From contig JAHLVW010000066.1 of NCBI GenBank assembly GCA_019058275.1, forward strand, positions 230,781 to 294,780: DNA of 64,000 nucleotides, given 5' to 3'. Below the pieces are notes generated by a model. That model had not been told where the DNA came from. It saw nothing but the letters and a program-made list of their open reading frames with translations, and did no database searches. Each line of letters begins with the position of its first letter. Position 1 is the first letter of the stretch. The DNA comes from Candidatus Heimdallarchaeota archaeon. GTDB taxonomy: Archaea; Asgardarchaeota; Heimdallarchaeia; JABLTI01. Of this stretch, positions 9,765 through 19,292 are shown one piece after another. Both the position numbers and the translations under genes were made by a program.

Positions 9765-11507
9765 TTAAATTAATGATTTTTTGAATTTAATATAATCTTC
9801 TTTGGAAATTTCTTTTTTACTTTTAAAATTAGATTCTTCCCAAATTGATTGTATATCATTAAATGTCAGAGAATTAGCCAAATCACTAAAGGAAATACGC
9901 ATTAGAATTTCTTTTGTAAAAGGTCTTTTAGAGTTAAGAAAAACTATTGATTTAAAAAATCCTTTTGCAACTGAACTGTTTAAGATTGTACAAAAGAATA
10001 AAGCTTCGTTATAAGCTTGAAAACCTAGGAAATAACAAGTATCATCTAATAACACAGGTTTCTTGTTAATTGGTGGTATAAATGTAAATTGAACTGTTTT
10101 GTATAATCCTGCAATAGCAACCTTAAATGGAGAAAATGTATAATCTCCAATACCAAATATAGTAAAATCGAACTTATTTTGAAAGACTCTAGATTTTCTT
10201 TTGTCAAAGTATTTTTTATTTCTTGATAGGTAATTCCAAGTTTTTGGGTATCTTTCCTTTATGTAACTTGTATCTTCACCTAATTTTGTTTGTGTCAGAA
10301 GCAATCTTTTACTAGTATTTAACACTTCAAATTTCTTCAAATTAGAACCTTTCAACAATGGATAAATCAAATCTTTCTCAATTGTGAGATTTTCATTCAA
10401 TTTGTTAAAAAGCTGATTCTCCCTTTCAACTTGTAATTCAAGGATCTTCGAGCAGTCATGTTTTACACCTTGTCTCCAAGTATAATTAGATAGTTTATCA
10501 AGGAAGGAGTAATTTCTATAAGATTTAATATCTGAAACGAATTTTTCATTAATCCAACCAAATTTTCTCGTTATTTGATTTGGTGATTCAATATCACTAA
10601 CATTACAATAATCATCGTTCAATCCAGGAATTAAATCAGCAAGAAATAATGAAGCATCACAATTTTTACCAAAGTTTTTTCTAGCATCAATTTTCAAAGC
10701 TCTGATATTCGAAATTGGAAATTGGGTTTTCTGAATCTCTTTAACAAAATTCCTGATAACAGAATCTTTACAAAGAAAAGCTAATTTACCTTGATGATCT
10801 GAAAAAAGATGTAGCAATCTGGTTATGATTGATTCTGCGATATCAAAATTACTTCGACCAGTAATTGCTTCAATACCGCTAAACCCCTTAATGTTTGATT
10901 TCGTTGGTAAATTACTTGAGTTTAATGAAGATAATTCAGAAAGTGTAACCCAAGGAGGATTCCCAATGAGAAGGATATTTGCTTTTGTATCTAAAAAGAT
11001 ATTTTTTGCGAATTGATGATGGAAAATATCATCTTGAAAAATTCTTATCGTATATTGATTATTTTGGCTAATTTCTTTACTACCAGCTTGTGTTATTTGC
11101 GATGCAACATAATGAAAAATGTGTTTTTGTTGGATTTCTACCCCATAAACTTGCTTAAGATTTGTGAATTCTTCAGGTATACATTGTATGAAATGACCTA
11201 ACCCAAATGTTGCTTCAATAAGTATGTAAGGATTAAAATCAATATCGATTAAGATATCATATATCTGGTTAACTAATTGGTTTGGTGTTTGGACGTCTCC
11301 CCATTCCTTTGAGATTATGTCTTGATTATGAGAAAAGGATTCATCTTTAAGATATTCAATGAAATTTCTTAAATCGATTTCATTTTTAAATAAACCAACA
11401 ATATTCGTTACTGACTCAATAAGGTTATTAGCTTTTTTAATTGATTTGGTTTGCTCTAGTCTAGTGATCAGATTTTCGGGTTTTTGATGCTCAACCAAAT
11501 CAATCAA
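9765..11507 (-). CDS. Orphan amino (probably N6-adenine) DNA methyltransferase, type II gamma-class
   Basis: GDVQTP motif X, EATFGLGHF SAM-binding motif I, GNPPW motif IV; no adjacent endonuclease gene. Confidence 0.85.
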   Translation of the reverse strand: MIDLVEHQKPENLITRLEQTKSIKKANNLIESVTNIVGLFKNEIDLRNFIEYLKDESFSHNQDIISKEWGDVQTPNQLVNQIYDILIDIDFNPYILIEATFGLGHFIQCIPEEFTNLKQVYGVEIQQKHIFHYVASQITQAGSKEISQNNQYTIRIFQDDIFHHQFAKNIFLDTKANILLIGNPPWVTLSELSSLNSSNLPTKSNIKGFSGIEAITGRSNFDIAESIITRLLHLFSDHQGKLAFLCKDSVIRNFVKEIQKTQFPISNIRALKIDARKNFGKNCDASLFLADLIPGLNDDYCNVSDIESPNQITRKFGWINEKFVSDIKSYRNYSFLDKLSNYTWRQGVKHDCSKILELQVERENQLFNKLNENLTIEKDLIYPLLKGSNLKKFEVLNTSKRLLLTQTKLGEDTSYIKERYPKTWNYLSRNKKYFDKRKSRVFQNKFDFTIFGIGDYTFSPFKVAIAGLYKTVQFTFIPPINKKPVLLDDTCYFLGFQAYNEALFFCTILNSSVAKGFFKSIVFLNSKRPFTKEILMRISFSDLANSLTFNDIQSIWEESNFKSKKEISKEDYIKFKKSLI

Positions 11508-11707
11508 CTTCAGAAAATATTACCTTAATTCACCCTTACATGTGAGTTTTAACTCATTTTTCGAATAAATAAGTTCCGAAAAGTCCGACGAAAATTAAAT
11601 AAATGAGAAGCTCAAAGCTTAAAAGCTGTAAGGTGTTGTGCATATAAATATCTTACACAGGTCACTTCTATTGGCCATCGAAAACAGGTCTCTTGAGTTG
11701 AGAAAAT

Positions 11708-12316
11708 TTGCTGAGTATACAAGAAGCTGAAAAACTAGTCGGTGAACTGGAGAGTAAAAACTTAAATACAAGAAGTCGAGCTATCGAAGTTTTATCTTCA
11801 TTAGAAAAAATGGAGATAATAGATTTCTTGATTTCACTTCTAATGAAAAACTCACATAGGCTAGTAAAAGAAGGTGTTTGTAAATCATTAGGAAAAATAG
11901 GGCATAGGAAAGCAACTGATGTTCTAATAGAAACACTCAATGATGAAAACGAAAGTGTTCGATATCAAGCAGTGATTGCACTTGGACAACTAGGTGATAC
12001 ACATACTGTTCCTCCACTTTTGGAATTACTAAAAAGGCAAGATGATCCATTAGTTCGATCTGAAGCTGCTAAGGCTTTAGGATTAATTGGCGATCCCAGT
12101 GCACTTAAAATCCTATTAAGTATCCTCAAAAAGGAAGAAGATCGTTTCATCAAATATCACGCTGTAACATCACTAGGTAAAATCGGTGATAAAAAAGCAT
12201 TAAAGGATTTACAAAAGATAGTCAAAGAGAAAAAAGATGCTAGACTAGTACTACGTTCAATGGAAGCAATTGAGGCTATACAAAAAGCAAATAGTAAGAA
12301 AGTAGTTGCAGGATAA
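11708..12316 (+). CDS. HEAT/PBS-lyase repeat protein
   Basis: Repeated VRxxAxxALGxxGD units. Confidence 0.9.
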   Translation: MLSIQEAEKLVGELESKNLNTRSRAIEVLSSLEKMEIIDFLISLLMKNSHRLVKEGVCKSLGKIGHRKATDVLIETLNDENESVRYQAVIALGQLGDTHTVPPLLELLKRQDDPLVRSEAAKALGLIGDPSALKILLSILKKEEDRFIKYHAVTSLGKIGDKKALKDLQKIVKEKKDARLVLRSMEAIEAIQKANSKKVVAG

Positions 12317-12322
12317 AAAAGG

Positions 12323-12348
12323 ATGAGTGGTCATATCACACTCATTTT
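12323..12348 (+). terminator. Hairpin plus short T-tract after the HEAT gene
   Basis: ATGAGTG-N9-CACTCAT followed by TTT. Confidence 0.4.
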
Positions 12349-12380
12349 ATCACCAATCGGATGGTGAGATAAAGGGAGGC

Positions 12381-12540
12381 CTTAAAAATCGCTTCTCCAA
12401 CAGTTTTTTCATTGAAGTAAAGTTGTGCTGTGTCAAGAAATCTAAACCCTATCAGAATTCCTTTTATCAAACCTTATTTAGCCTTCTCTGAACGCGCCAA
12501 CATTGTTCCTAAACCTATTTTTGTAATTTTAAAGATGCCA
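12381..12540 (-). pseudogene. Aldo/keto reductase N-terminal remnant
   Basis: Manual translation: GIFKITKIGLGTMLARSEKAK*GLIKGILIGFRFLDTAQLYFNEKTVGEAIFK. Classic AKR GxGT and DTAxxYxNExxVGEA motifs, internal TAA at 12474-12476, no start codon and no C-terminus. Confidence 0.75.
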
Positions 12541-12635
12541 TAATAATCAAATTCTATGATTTAATACGAAATATAATCTCTTTGATTTATTTAATAGGAA
12601 AAAAAAATTTCTCTTAGAAGAAATCAAGCAGACTT

Positions 12636-14804
12636 TTACTGTTTTATTAATTTAATACTACGAAGAATAAAACCGGAAATCAATATTGTAACGCCTATAA
12701 TGCCCAAAATTATTACAAGATTAGTATAACTTACTGAGAGTGGTAAATCAACGGGTAATGGTTCTAAATGCATTATAAACAACCCATCTTGATAAGAAGT
12801 AACATAAGCTATATTCTTTTGAACATAAACATCAGATAAAAGGCAGTATTCAGAAGCTAATCCAGAGGTGGGGTCAAATTTCTTAACTGGTCGATAAAGA
12901 CCAACAGAACCTAGATTCTCGAGATTATGAATATTGATTATCAAAACACCATCATCACCATAGTTTATGTAAATGTGATTATTCTCATAGAAAATATTAT
13001 ATGCTTCTTGACAATCTATTCCTTCTGCTTCTGCATCAAAGTCATTTACAAAGGTAGGATTAGTTAAATTTGAAATGTCTAAAATAGTTAAATCTTGATA
13101 ACCTGTTAAAATGAAAATATTGTTGTTAGTTATACTAGTATCCCTAATTTCTGATATTGAATAATTGCTCGTTTGAGTTAAATTGTTATCACTTTCACTA
13201 AATATATGCAATCCATCTCCAGTAATTACAAAATAGTTATCATTCTGAAAATTAAAACTATAAGAAAATAATTCTAAGTAATAGTCCTTTTCAAGGGTAA
13301 TATTATCAAGGTTTGAACAATCATAAACAAGAATAGCTGTCTGTATATAATAATCTGTAATATTATGGTAAGTAATGAGTATATGAGCTTTTGAGTTTTT
13401 AATGTGAACTGCTAAACAATAAATTGGACCTTGGAGTTCATATGGTATTACAGCTACTTTTGTTGGATGATCTGGATCAGAAATATCAAAAATATCCATT
13501 AAATTCTGATACCAACTTAAAAAATATGCATAGTTGCCCTCTATATACACATCCACATAAAAACTTAAACCAGAACAATATGCACTTTTTGTTTTTGGTT
13601 TTAATGGATTAGATACATCGATTAGAACAAAACCTGCATCAATAATCATTATTGCTAAATCATCATGTACATATATACTATTGATATCACTCCCACAAAA
13701 GAATTGACCTGCAAGATAAATTTCCATATTTTCATCATCAAAATAGAGTATACGTAAATTTGCACCATTTTCTGAGATATATAATCTGTCATTTTTCATC
13801 ATTCCAATGTATGCATTATTCGGATAATAAAAGTCTAAAACTCGTGTTAAATTATTGACATCGGAAAAATCAATTACAATAATTCCATTAGAACATAGAA
13901 GAAAAGCAAGTTCGTTTTGAATCATAATTTTATTTACATGATATGTCTTGTCTGTGAAATAGTTCACCATAATAAGCTCTGATGAATTTGAGATATCATA
14001 GAAAGAAACTCCTTTATGAGAATCAAAGCATATTAATAAGTCTTCAATAACTGCTCCTGTTTCCCCACCATACAAAGAAAGATAAGTAACAAACTGTGGA
14101 TAAGTAGCATATTCAATATTTACTACTTCACATCCGTAGTACTCTGTAAGATAGAGCGTGGAATCCTTCAAAATCATATTACTAATGTAATATAAAATTC
14201 TTGTTTCATATTGTGCAATAATTTCTGTTTTTTCGGGATTAGATACATCCAATATGAAGACATGGTCATCATAAAGAGATGCAGCATACATAAAACCATT
14301 GTCAACTATCATGATTGTGAAGTCATCCATAGTAATGTCTTGAAGAATTAATTCCGGTTTAGATGGTTTTGTAGTATCAAAAACCCTAAAACCAAAATCA
14401 TTGCCAGATATGTATACATATTCATCATCAACAACAAGACAAGTGGTTACATTACCATCAAGAAATTCTCCAATAATCTTAGATTTGGATGGTTTTGAGA
14501 CATCTACAATGATAAAACCCTCTTCAACTGCTATATAGGCTAATATTTTCATTTTACTTTCGACGATTTCAAAATCAACAATTCTTCCATACATTTCATC
14601 CCATCTTCCCAAATCAATACAATTACTCCAGTATTCTTGATTAGTCTCGAAAGGTGAATTTTTGTTGTTATCTAGATTGGTACTAATTGGTTCTTCAATT
14701 TGATTATCGAAGAAAAATCCAAATGTATAACTAAATGTCATCGAAACAATAATGAAAGCAATAAGCAAATAACAAATAGAACTGCTTTCTTTCTTTCTTA
14801 ACAT
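12636..14804 (-). CDS. LVIVD-repeat (beta-propeller) cell-surface protein with C-terminal TM anchor
   Basis: Many I/VxDVSNP repeats; N-terminal signal; C-terminal hydrophobic helix. Start moved to ATG 14804 (AGGAGGAG RBS), overlapping the upstream stop. Confidence 0.85.
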   Translation of the reverse strand: MLRKKESSSICYLLIAFIIVSMTFSYTFGFFFDNQIEEPISTNLDNNKNSPFETNQEYWSNCIDLGRWDEMYGRIVDFEIVESKMKILAYIAVEEGFIIVDVSKPSKSKIIGEFLDGNVTTCLVVDDEYVYISGNDFGFRVFDTTKPSKPELILQDITMDDFTIMIVDNGFMYAASLYDDHVFILDVSNPEKTEIIAQYETRILYYISNMILKDSTLYLTEYYGCEVVNIEYATYPQFVTYLSLYGGETGAVIEDLLICFDSHKGVSFYDISNSSELIMVNYFTDKTYHVNKIMIQNELAFLLCSNGIIVIDFSDVNNLTRVLDFYYPNNAYIGMMKNDRLYISENGANLRILYFDDENMEIYLAGQFFCGSDINSIYVHDDLAIMIIDAGFVLIDVSNPLKPKTKSAYCSGLSFYVDVYIEGNYAYFLSWYQNLMDIFDISDPDHPTKVAVIPYELQGPIYCLAVHIKNSKAHILITYHNITDYYIQTAILVYDCSNLDNITLEKDYYLELFSYSFNFQNDNYFVITGDGLHIFSESDNNLTQTSNYSISEIRDTSITNNNIFILTGYQDLTILDISNLTNPTFVNDFDAEAEGIDCQEAYNIFYENNHIYINYGDDGVLIINIHNLENLGSVGLYRPVKKFDPTSGLASEYCLLSDVYVQKNIAYVTSYQDGLFIMHLEPLPVDLPLSVSYTNLVIILGIIGVTILISGFILRSIKLIKQ

Positions 14805-17605
14805 TTTAATCTCCTCCTTTTCTTTCCAGCATAAATTAAAATCCAAGCAAAAATTAAACCAATTGTTGCAGCAATTAGAGTAGGAATTGATATGTTAGTT
14901 GTTAGTGGTGTTTTAGTATAATCAGGATGATCATCAGAATCAGTAGGATCAGTACCTTCTTGAACTTCCTCATAATCGGAATAACCATCATAATCCGAAT
15001 CACTTCTATTAGGAGCAGTACCAAGTAAGTATTCTTCGTAATTTGTTAATCCATCTAAATCTAGATCTTCGTTAGCATCTGTAGGATCTAAGGGATCTAG
15101 TTGATAAATTACTTCGAAATAATCATCCATCAAATCATCATCGGTATCTACATCTAAAGGATCTGTACTATAGTAAAATATTTCGCGATAATCCAATAAT
15201 TGATCAGAATCAGTATCATTAAGAATAGGACTAGTTAATGAAATAAACAATTCATAGGGATCTACTAGATAATCATCATCTGTATCTATAGTACTAGGAT
15301 CAGTATTGTAATTGTTAAGTTCTAGGTTATCTGGTAATGTATCTCTATCTGAATCAGAGCTTATTGGATTAAGATTGTAGTTGTATTCTTCTAGATTAGA
15401 TATTGTATCTAAATCAAAATCCAAATTTGCATCAGAACTATTCAATGGGTCAAGATTGTAAGTAATTTCAAAATAATCACTCATCAAATCAGAATCTGAA
15501 TCAATGTTATGTGGGTCAGTTAAGTATTTTGTAGTCTCCTGGTAAGTAGCTATTTGATCTGAATCATGATCCTCACCAAGAATAGCTAAACCATTGTCAA
15601 GCAATGGCAGAAAAACTGTTCCATTATCAACAGCGAAGTTATATTTATCGATACTATAGTAGTTGTAATTCATCTCTTTCCAAAATAAGATTTCTAGTTG
15701 AAGATTTGGTGGGTTACTATTATCTACAACCCCAAATCTGACGTAATTGTCAATTGAAACAAAGTATATTGAACCATTAATAATCATAAGATCTCTAAAA
15801 TCTTCATAATCATATTGTTGATTGTAGGAGATCAATTCAAAATTCAAGATATCACTAATATTATATGTATAAATTCTCCAACGGTTTTCAATAGTATATA
15901 AGATTCCATTTGAAATCACAAACTCTGTAACATACCTTTCTAGATTGAAAATAGAAATAAGCTCTATTGATTGTAAATCTGTTTTATTAAAAATATAGTA
16001 ACCATAATACTCCCAAGCAGCAATTATATAGTTATCATAAATTACAATTGATTTAATATTGTAAATATTAAAATTAGTCTTATATATTTGTAAAACATTA
16101 GTAGCATTTGTTGCATTAAAAACGTACATGTCAGTATAGCCTGTATAAATAATACTATTGTTTACAGTCAAGCACATCGTATAATGCGGTATACTTAATT
16201 CTCCTATTTTTGTTATGTTATAAATATCTGTTAGATTCAAGATTTGGATATTCGAAGAAGTTAAAACATAACCTCTATCGTATTCAACACAAAAATCTAC
16301 AAAAGTGTCTTGAAGTCGATATTCAGTAATGACACTCAGATTATAATAATCAGATACATTTAGAACAGATAATTTATCATTTCCAGAAACAATTAGACAA
16401 TTTTCATAGAATAATGCACTTTTAAAATATTCTGTATTTGTTCTGCTTATTTCTATAAAATTATAATCATTCGTTATATTCCCTAAAAGAAATCCATCTC
16501 TCCCACATGCAAAAGCAACAGTATTATTGGAAAAATCGATATCCCAGAATCCCTCTATATTATGATCGTTTGAACTAAAGCAATCAACATAGGTAGGAAT
16601 GTATGGATTACTAACATCAATGATATAAATATTAGAATTATATTTTGATGTTAAATAGAGATAGCCATCATTATACCCTTTAATTTGCCCACCATATGTT
16701 TGCTGATCTATTTTGCTTCTAAATGATGGATTATTAGGATTACTTATATCGTATATAGTGAGATTCTGCCAATCAGTTAAATATAGAATAGTTTTATGAA
16801 CAAAAAATGACTCTACGCTTTCCAAATACACCATTTCATGAATCTTAATTGGATTTACAAGATTAGATATGTCAATGATTGTAATATCATTGTATCTATT
16901 TAAAATATAGATATAATCTTCAACAATTTGCATATTCTCCCCATAAATTATATTTTCATACTGACCAACTAAATGATAATTAAATGGATCACTGAAATCA
17001 AATATTAATAGGCCATCATATTCAGATAAAATGAACATATAGCTTGAGTTTACAAAGAAATCTATAATATTATAATAAAAAAAGCTAGTTAAATAAATTG
17101 GATTTTCAGGATTACTAATATTATAAATCTCTATTTTTTGTATTTCCCATTTGAAAGAATTTTCGATTATAAATCCTAAATAAGCCAAATTATTATCAAT
17201 TTCTACTTTTTCTAGTCTGTTTACCTCTAAGTGTTCGGTCTTAGAACTTATTATTGGCTCACTTTTATTACTAATATTTATACTAATGAATCCTGATACA
17301 TCTGTTAAGAATATCCAATCATCTTCTACTTCAATTGATCGCACTTCTACAAAAGGATTGTCGTTCCAAATGTCGATTTCAGAATAGTTGTAAATGTCAT
17401 TAGAATTATGTAGTGCAGATTGCTTAATCTCTTCAGATTTTTGATCAAGAGATTCAGATAATGAGCTTTCAATCGTGTTTAAACCATAATCCCTAAAATT
17501 AAAACTATTCGTTATTGTAATTGGAATTAAAAGCATTAATGTGAAAACAACTAAGAGAATTCTAAACCTCGTATCTCTAAATCTAATAACATTTAACAAT
17601 TCCAT
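14798..17605 (-). CDS. LVIVD-repeat surface protein with thrombospondin-type-3-like Ca-binding repeats and C-terminal TM
   Basis: IYNISNP/IIDISN repeats; tandem DxDxDxxxDxxE...TDP repeats; TM followed by KKRRR. Confidence 0.88.
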   Translation of the reverse strand: MELLNVIRFRDTRFRILLVVFTLMLLIPITITNSFNFRDYGLNTIESSLSESLDQKSEEIKQSALHNSNDIYNYSEIDIWNDNPFVEVRSIEVEDDWIFLTDVSGFISINISNKSEPIISSKTEHLEVNRLEKVEIDNNLAYLGFIIENSFKWEIQKIEIYNISNPENPIYLTSFFYYNIIDFFVNSSYMFILSEYDGLLIFDFSDPFNYHLVGQYENIIYGENMQIVEDYIYILNRYNDITIIDISNLVNPIKIHEMVYLESVESFFVHKTILYLTDWQNLTIYDISNPNNPSFRSKIDQQTYGGQIKGYNDGYLYLTSKYNSNIYIIDVSNPYIPTYVDCFSSNDHNIEGFWDIDFSNNTVAFACGRDGFLLGNITNDYNFIEISRTNTEYFKSALFYENCLIVSGNDKLSVLNVSDYYNLSVITEYRLQDTFVDFCVEYDRGYVLTSSNIQILNLTDIYNITKIGELSIPHYTMCLTVNNSIIYTGYTDMYVFNATNATNVLQIYKTNFNIYNIKSIVIYDNYIIAAWEYYGYYIFNKTDLQSIELISIFNLERYVTEFVISNGILYTIENRWRIYTYNISDILNFELISYNQQYDYEDFRDLMIINGSIYFVSIDNYVRFGVVDNSNPPNLQLEILFWKEMNYNYYSIDKYNFAVDNGTVFLPLLDNGLAILGEDHDSDQIATYQETTKYLTDPHNIDSDSDLMSDYFEITYNLDPLNSSDANLDFDLDTISNLEEYNYNLNPISSDSDRDTLPDNLELNNYNTDPSTIDTDDDYLVDPYELFISLTSPILNDTDSDQLLDYREIFYYSTDPLDVDTDDDLMDDYFEVIYQLDPLDPTDANEDLDLDGLTNYEEYLLGTAPNRSDSDYDGYSDYEEVQEGTDPTDSDDHPDYTKTPLTTNISIPTLIAATIGLIFAWILIYAGKKRRRLKC
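14925..15572 (-). repeat. Intragenic tandem Asp-rich Ca-binding repeats (TSP3-like)
   Basis: DSDSDLMSDYFE, DSDRDTLPDNLE, DTDDDYLVDPYE, DTDSDQLLDYRE, DTDDDLMDDYFE, DLDLDGLTNYEE, DSDYDGYSDYEE. Confidence 0.8.
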
Positions 17606-17717
17606 TTCATCCCTTGCCTATCTATCCGCCAATAGGTATTAGAACAATCTCTCTACCATTTAAAATAATTTAGTTAAATAAAAAATATTGAAAAATGGTT
17701 GAATAATGCTGAGATTG

Positions 17718-18797
17718 TCAGTCATCCTTTACTAAAACATTCCAACCATATTCATCTTTTATGCGTCCATATTGAATTCCGGTTAAAAGCTCATAAAGCT
17801 TCTCACTAATAGGTCCAACTCTATTGTTGTTTATCTGATAGACTTTTTCTTTATACCGCAATTCACCAACAGGAGCTATTGAAGCAGCAGTTCCAGCACC
17901 AAAAGCTTCTGAAAGTGCTCCGTTTTTTATTCCATCAATCACTTGATCAATGGCCAAATATTCTTCCTTTACTTTATAACCCTGATCTTTAGCTAATTGT
18001 AACACACTTTCTCGAGTAACTCCCTTCAAAACAGTACCATCAGTTGGTGCAGTATAGATGATATCATCCATAACAAAGAATTGGTTCATTGTACCAACTT
18101 CTTCGATATATTTGTGCTCTTTTGCATCTAACCACAATACTTGACTACAGCCAGAAGCTCTCGCTTTCTTAAGTGCAAGTAAACTAGCAGCATAATTGCC
18201 ACCTGTTTTAGCTTCACCAATTCCTCCATGAACAGCTCTGACATAACTGGGTTCTACATAAATTTTGATAGGTTTAAATCCTTCAGAGAAATAAGGACCA
18301 ACTGGACTAAGGATAATATAGAATCTATAATCGCTAGAGCTCTTAAGACCTAAAACACTCTCAGTTGCAATCAAAGTAGGTCTCAAATAAAGCGATGTAC
18401 CATGTGAATTTGGTACCCAATCTCTCTCGATATTGACCAGTTTATTTAACCCTGTAAGAAAATGCTCTTCAGGAAATGGTTCCATATCCAATCTAATAGC
18501 AGAATCAACCATTCTTTTAGCATTCTTTTCTGGTCTAAAGAATGAAACATCTTTTTTATTTTCTTGTCTAAAAGCTTTCATCCCTTCAAAAATCTCTTGC
18601 CCATAATGCAATACTAACGATGCAGGAGAAAGACTAAATGGTCCAAAAGGCATAATTCGAGCATTTTTCCACTTACCTTCGTGATAATCCACAACAAACA
18701 TATGATCAGTAAATATGCGACCAAAACCCAATTGATTATCATCACTAGGTAATGATCCTCTTTCAGATTGTGGTTTCAGTTTGACATTAATATCCAT
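17718..18797 (-). CDS. ilvE: Branched-chain amino acid aminotransferase
   Basis: FTDHMF, LHYGQEIFEGMKA, YLRP, AKTGGNY (PLP Lys), EEVGTMN, GVTRES, GTAA. Confidence 0.95.
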   Translation of the reverse strand: MDINVKLKPQSERGSLPSDDNQLGFGRIFTDHMFVVDYHEGKWKNARIMPFGPFSLSPASLVLHYGQEIFEGMKAFRQENKKDVSFFRPEKNAKRMVDSAIRLDMEPFPEEHFLTGLNKLVNIERDWVPNSHGTSLYLRPTLIATESVLGLKSSSDYRFYIILSPVGPYFSEGFKPIKIYVEPSYVRAVHGGIGEAKTGGNYAASLLALKKARASGCSQVLWLDAKEHKYIEEVGTMNQFFVMDDIIYTAPTDGTVLKGVTRESVLQLAKDQGYKVKEEYLAIDQVIDGIKNGALSEAFGAGTAASIAPVGELRYKEKVYQINNNRVGPISEKLYELLTGIQYGRIKDEYGWNVLVKDD

Positions 18798-18863
18798 TAT
18801 AACTTCGCCATTTAAAATAAGATATTCTATTTGAAAAATCTTTAGTAAAATAGAGTCATAATC

Positions 18864-19217
18864 TTAACTTGTTTTAATCATTATCAATAGCATTTTGAAT
18901 TGCTTTTCAGCATATAGTGCATGAGGAATATCTGCTGGCATAATAATGATTTCATCGTTTTTCATATGATAATCAGTTTTATCAATAGTAATTTTAGCTT
19001 CACCATCAAGGATGTGAACTAGAGCATCAAATGGAGCAGTATGTTCGCTCAATCCTTCACCTTCAGCAAAAGCAAAAACTGTGACAGTGCCTTCCTTCCT
19101 TTTAATTAGCTGTCTGCTTATGACTGAACCTTCTTGATAATTTACTAGATTACCAAGATTGTATACTTCTGAGAAATTTATTGTGCTTGTCTTATTTACT
19201 TCCATATGTAACACCAA
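18864..19217 (-). CDS. Cupin-domain protein
   Basis: FAFAEGEGLSEHTAPFDA and MPADIPHAL cupin motifs. Confidence 0.9.
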   Translation of the reverse strand: MVLHMEVNKTSTINFSEVYNLGNLVNYQEGSVISRQLIKRKEGTVTVFAFAEGEGLSEHTAPFDALVHILDGEAKITIDKTDYHMKNDEIIIMPADIPHALYAEKQFKMLLIMIKTS

Positions 19218-19292
19218 GTTATTGCCATTTTTATGACTTTAAAATACGGGTGCTTTACAACCTAAATAAAAACGAGAAGCTGCTTTCACACC

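Noticed and set aside
4269-11507. BREX or other multi-gene defence island (BrxF-like, phosphoesterase, MTase)
   Set aside because: No PglZ, BrxC or nuclease genes; the components are separated by metabolic genes and lie on different strands.
14925-15572. CRISPR-like or DNA tandem repeat array
   Set aside because: The periodicity is degenerate at DNA level and is explained by in-frame Asp-rich protein repeats.
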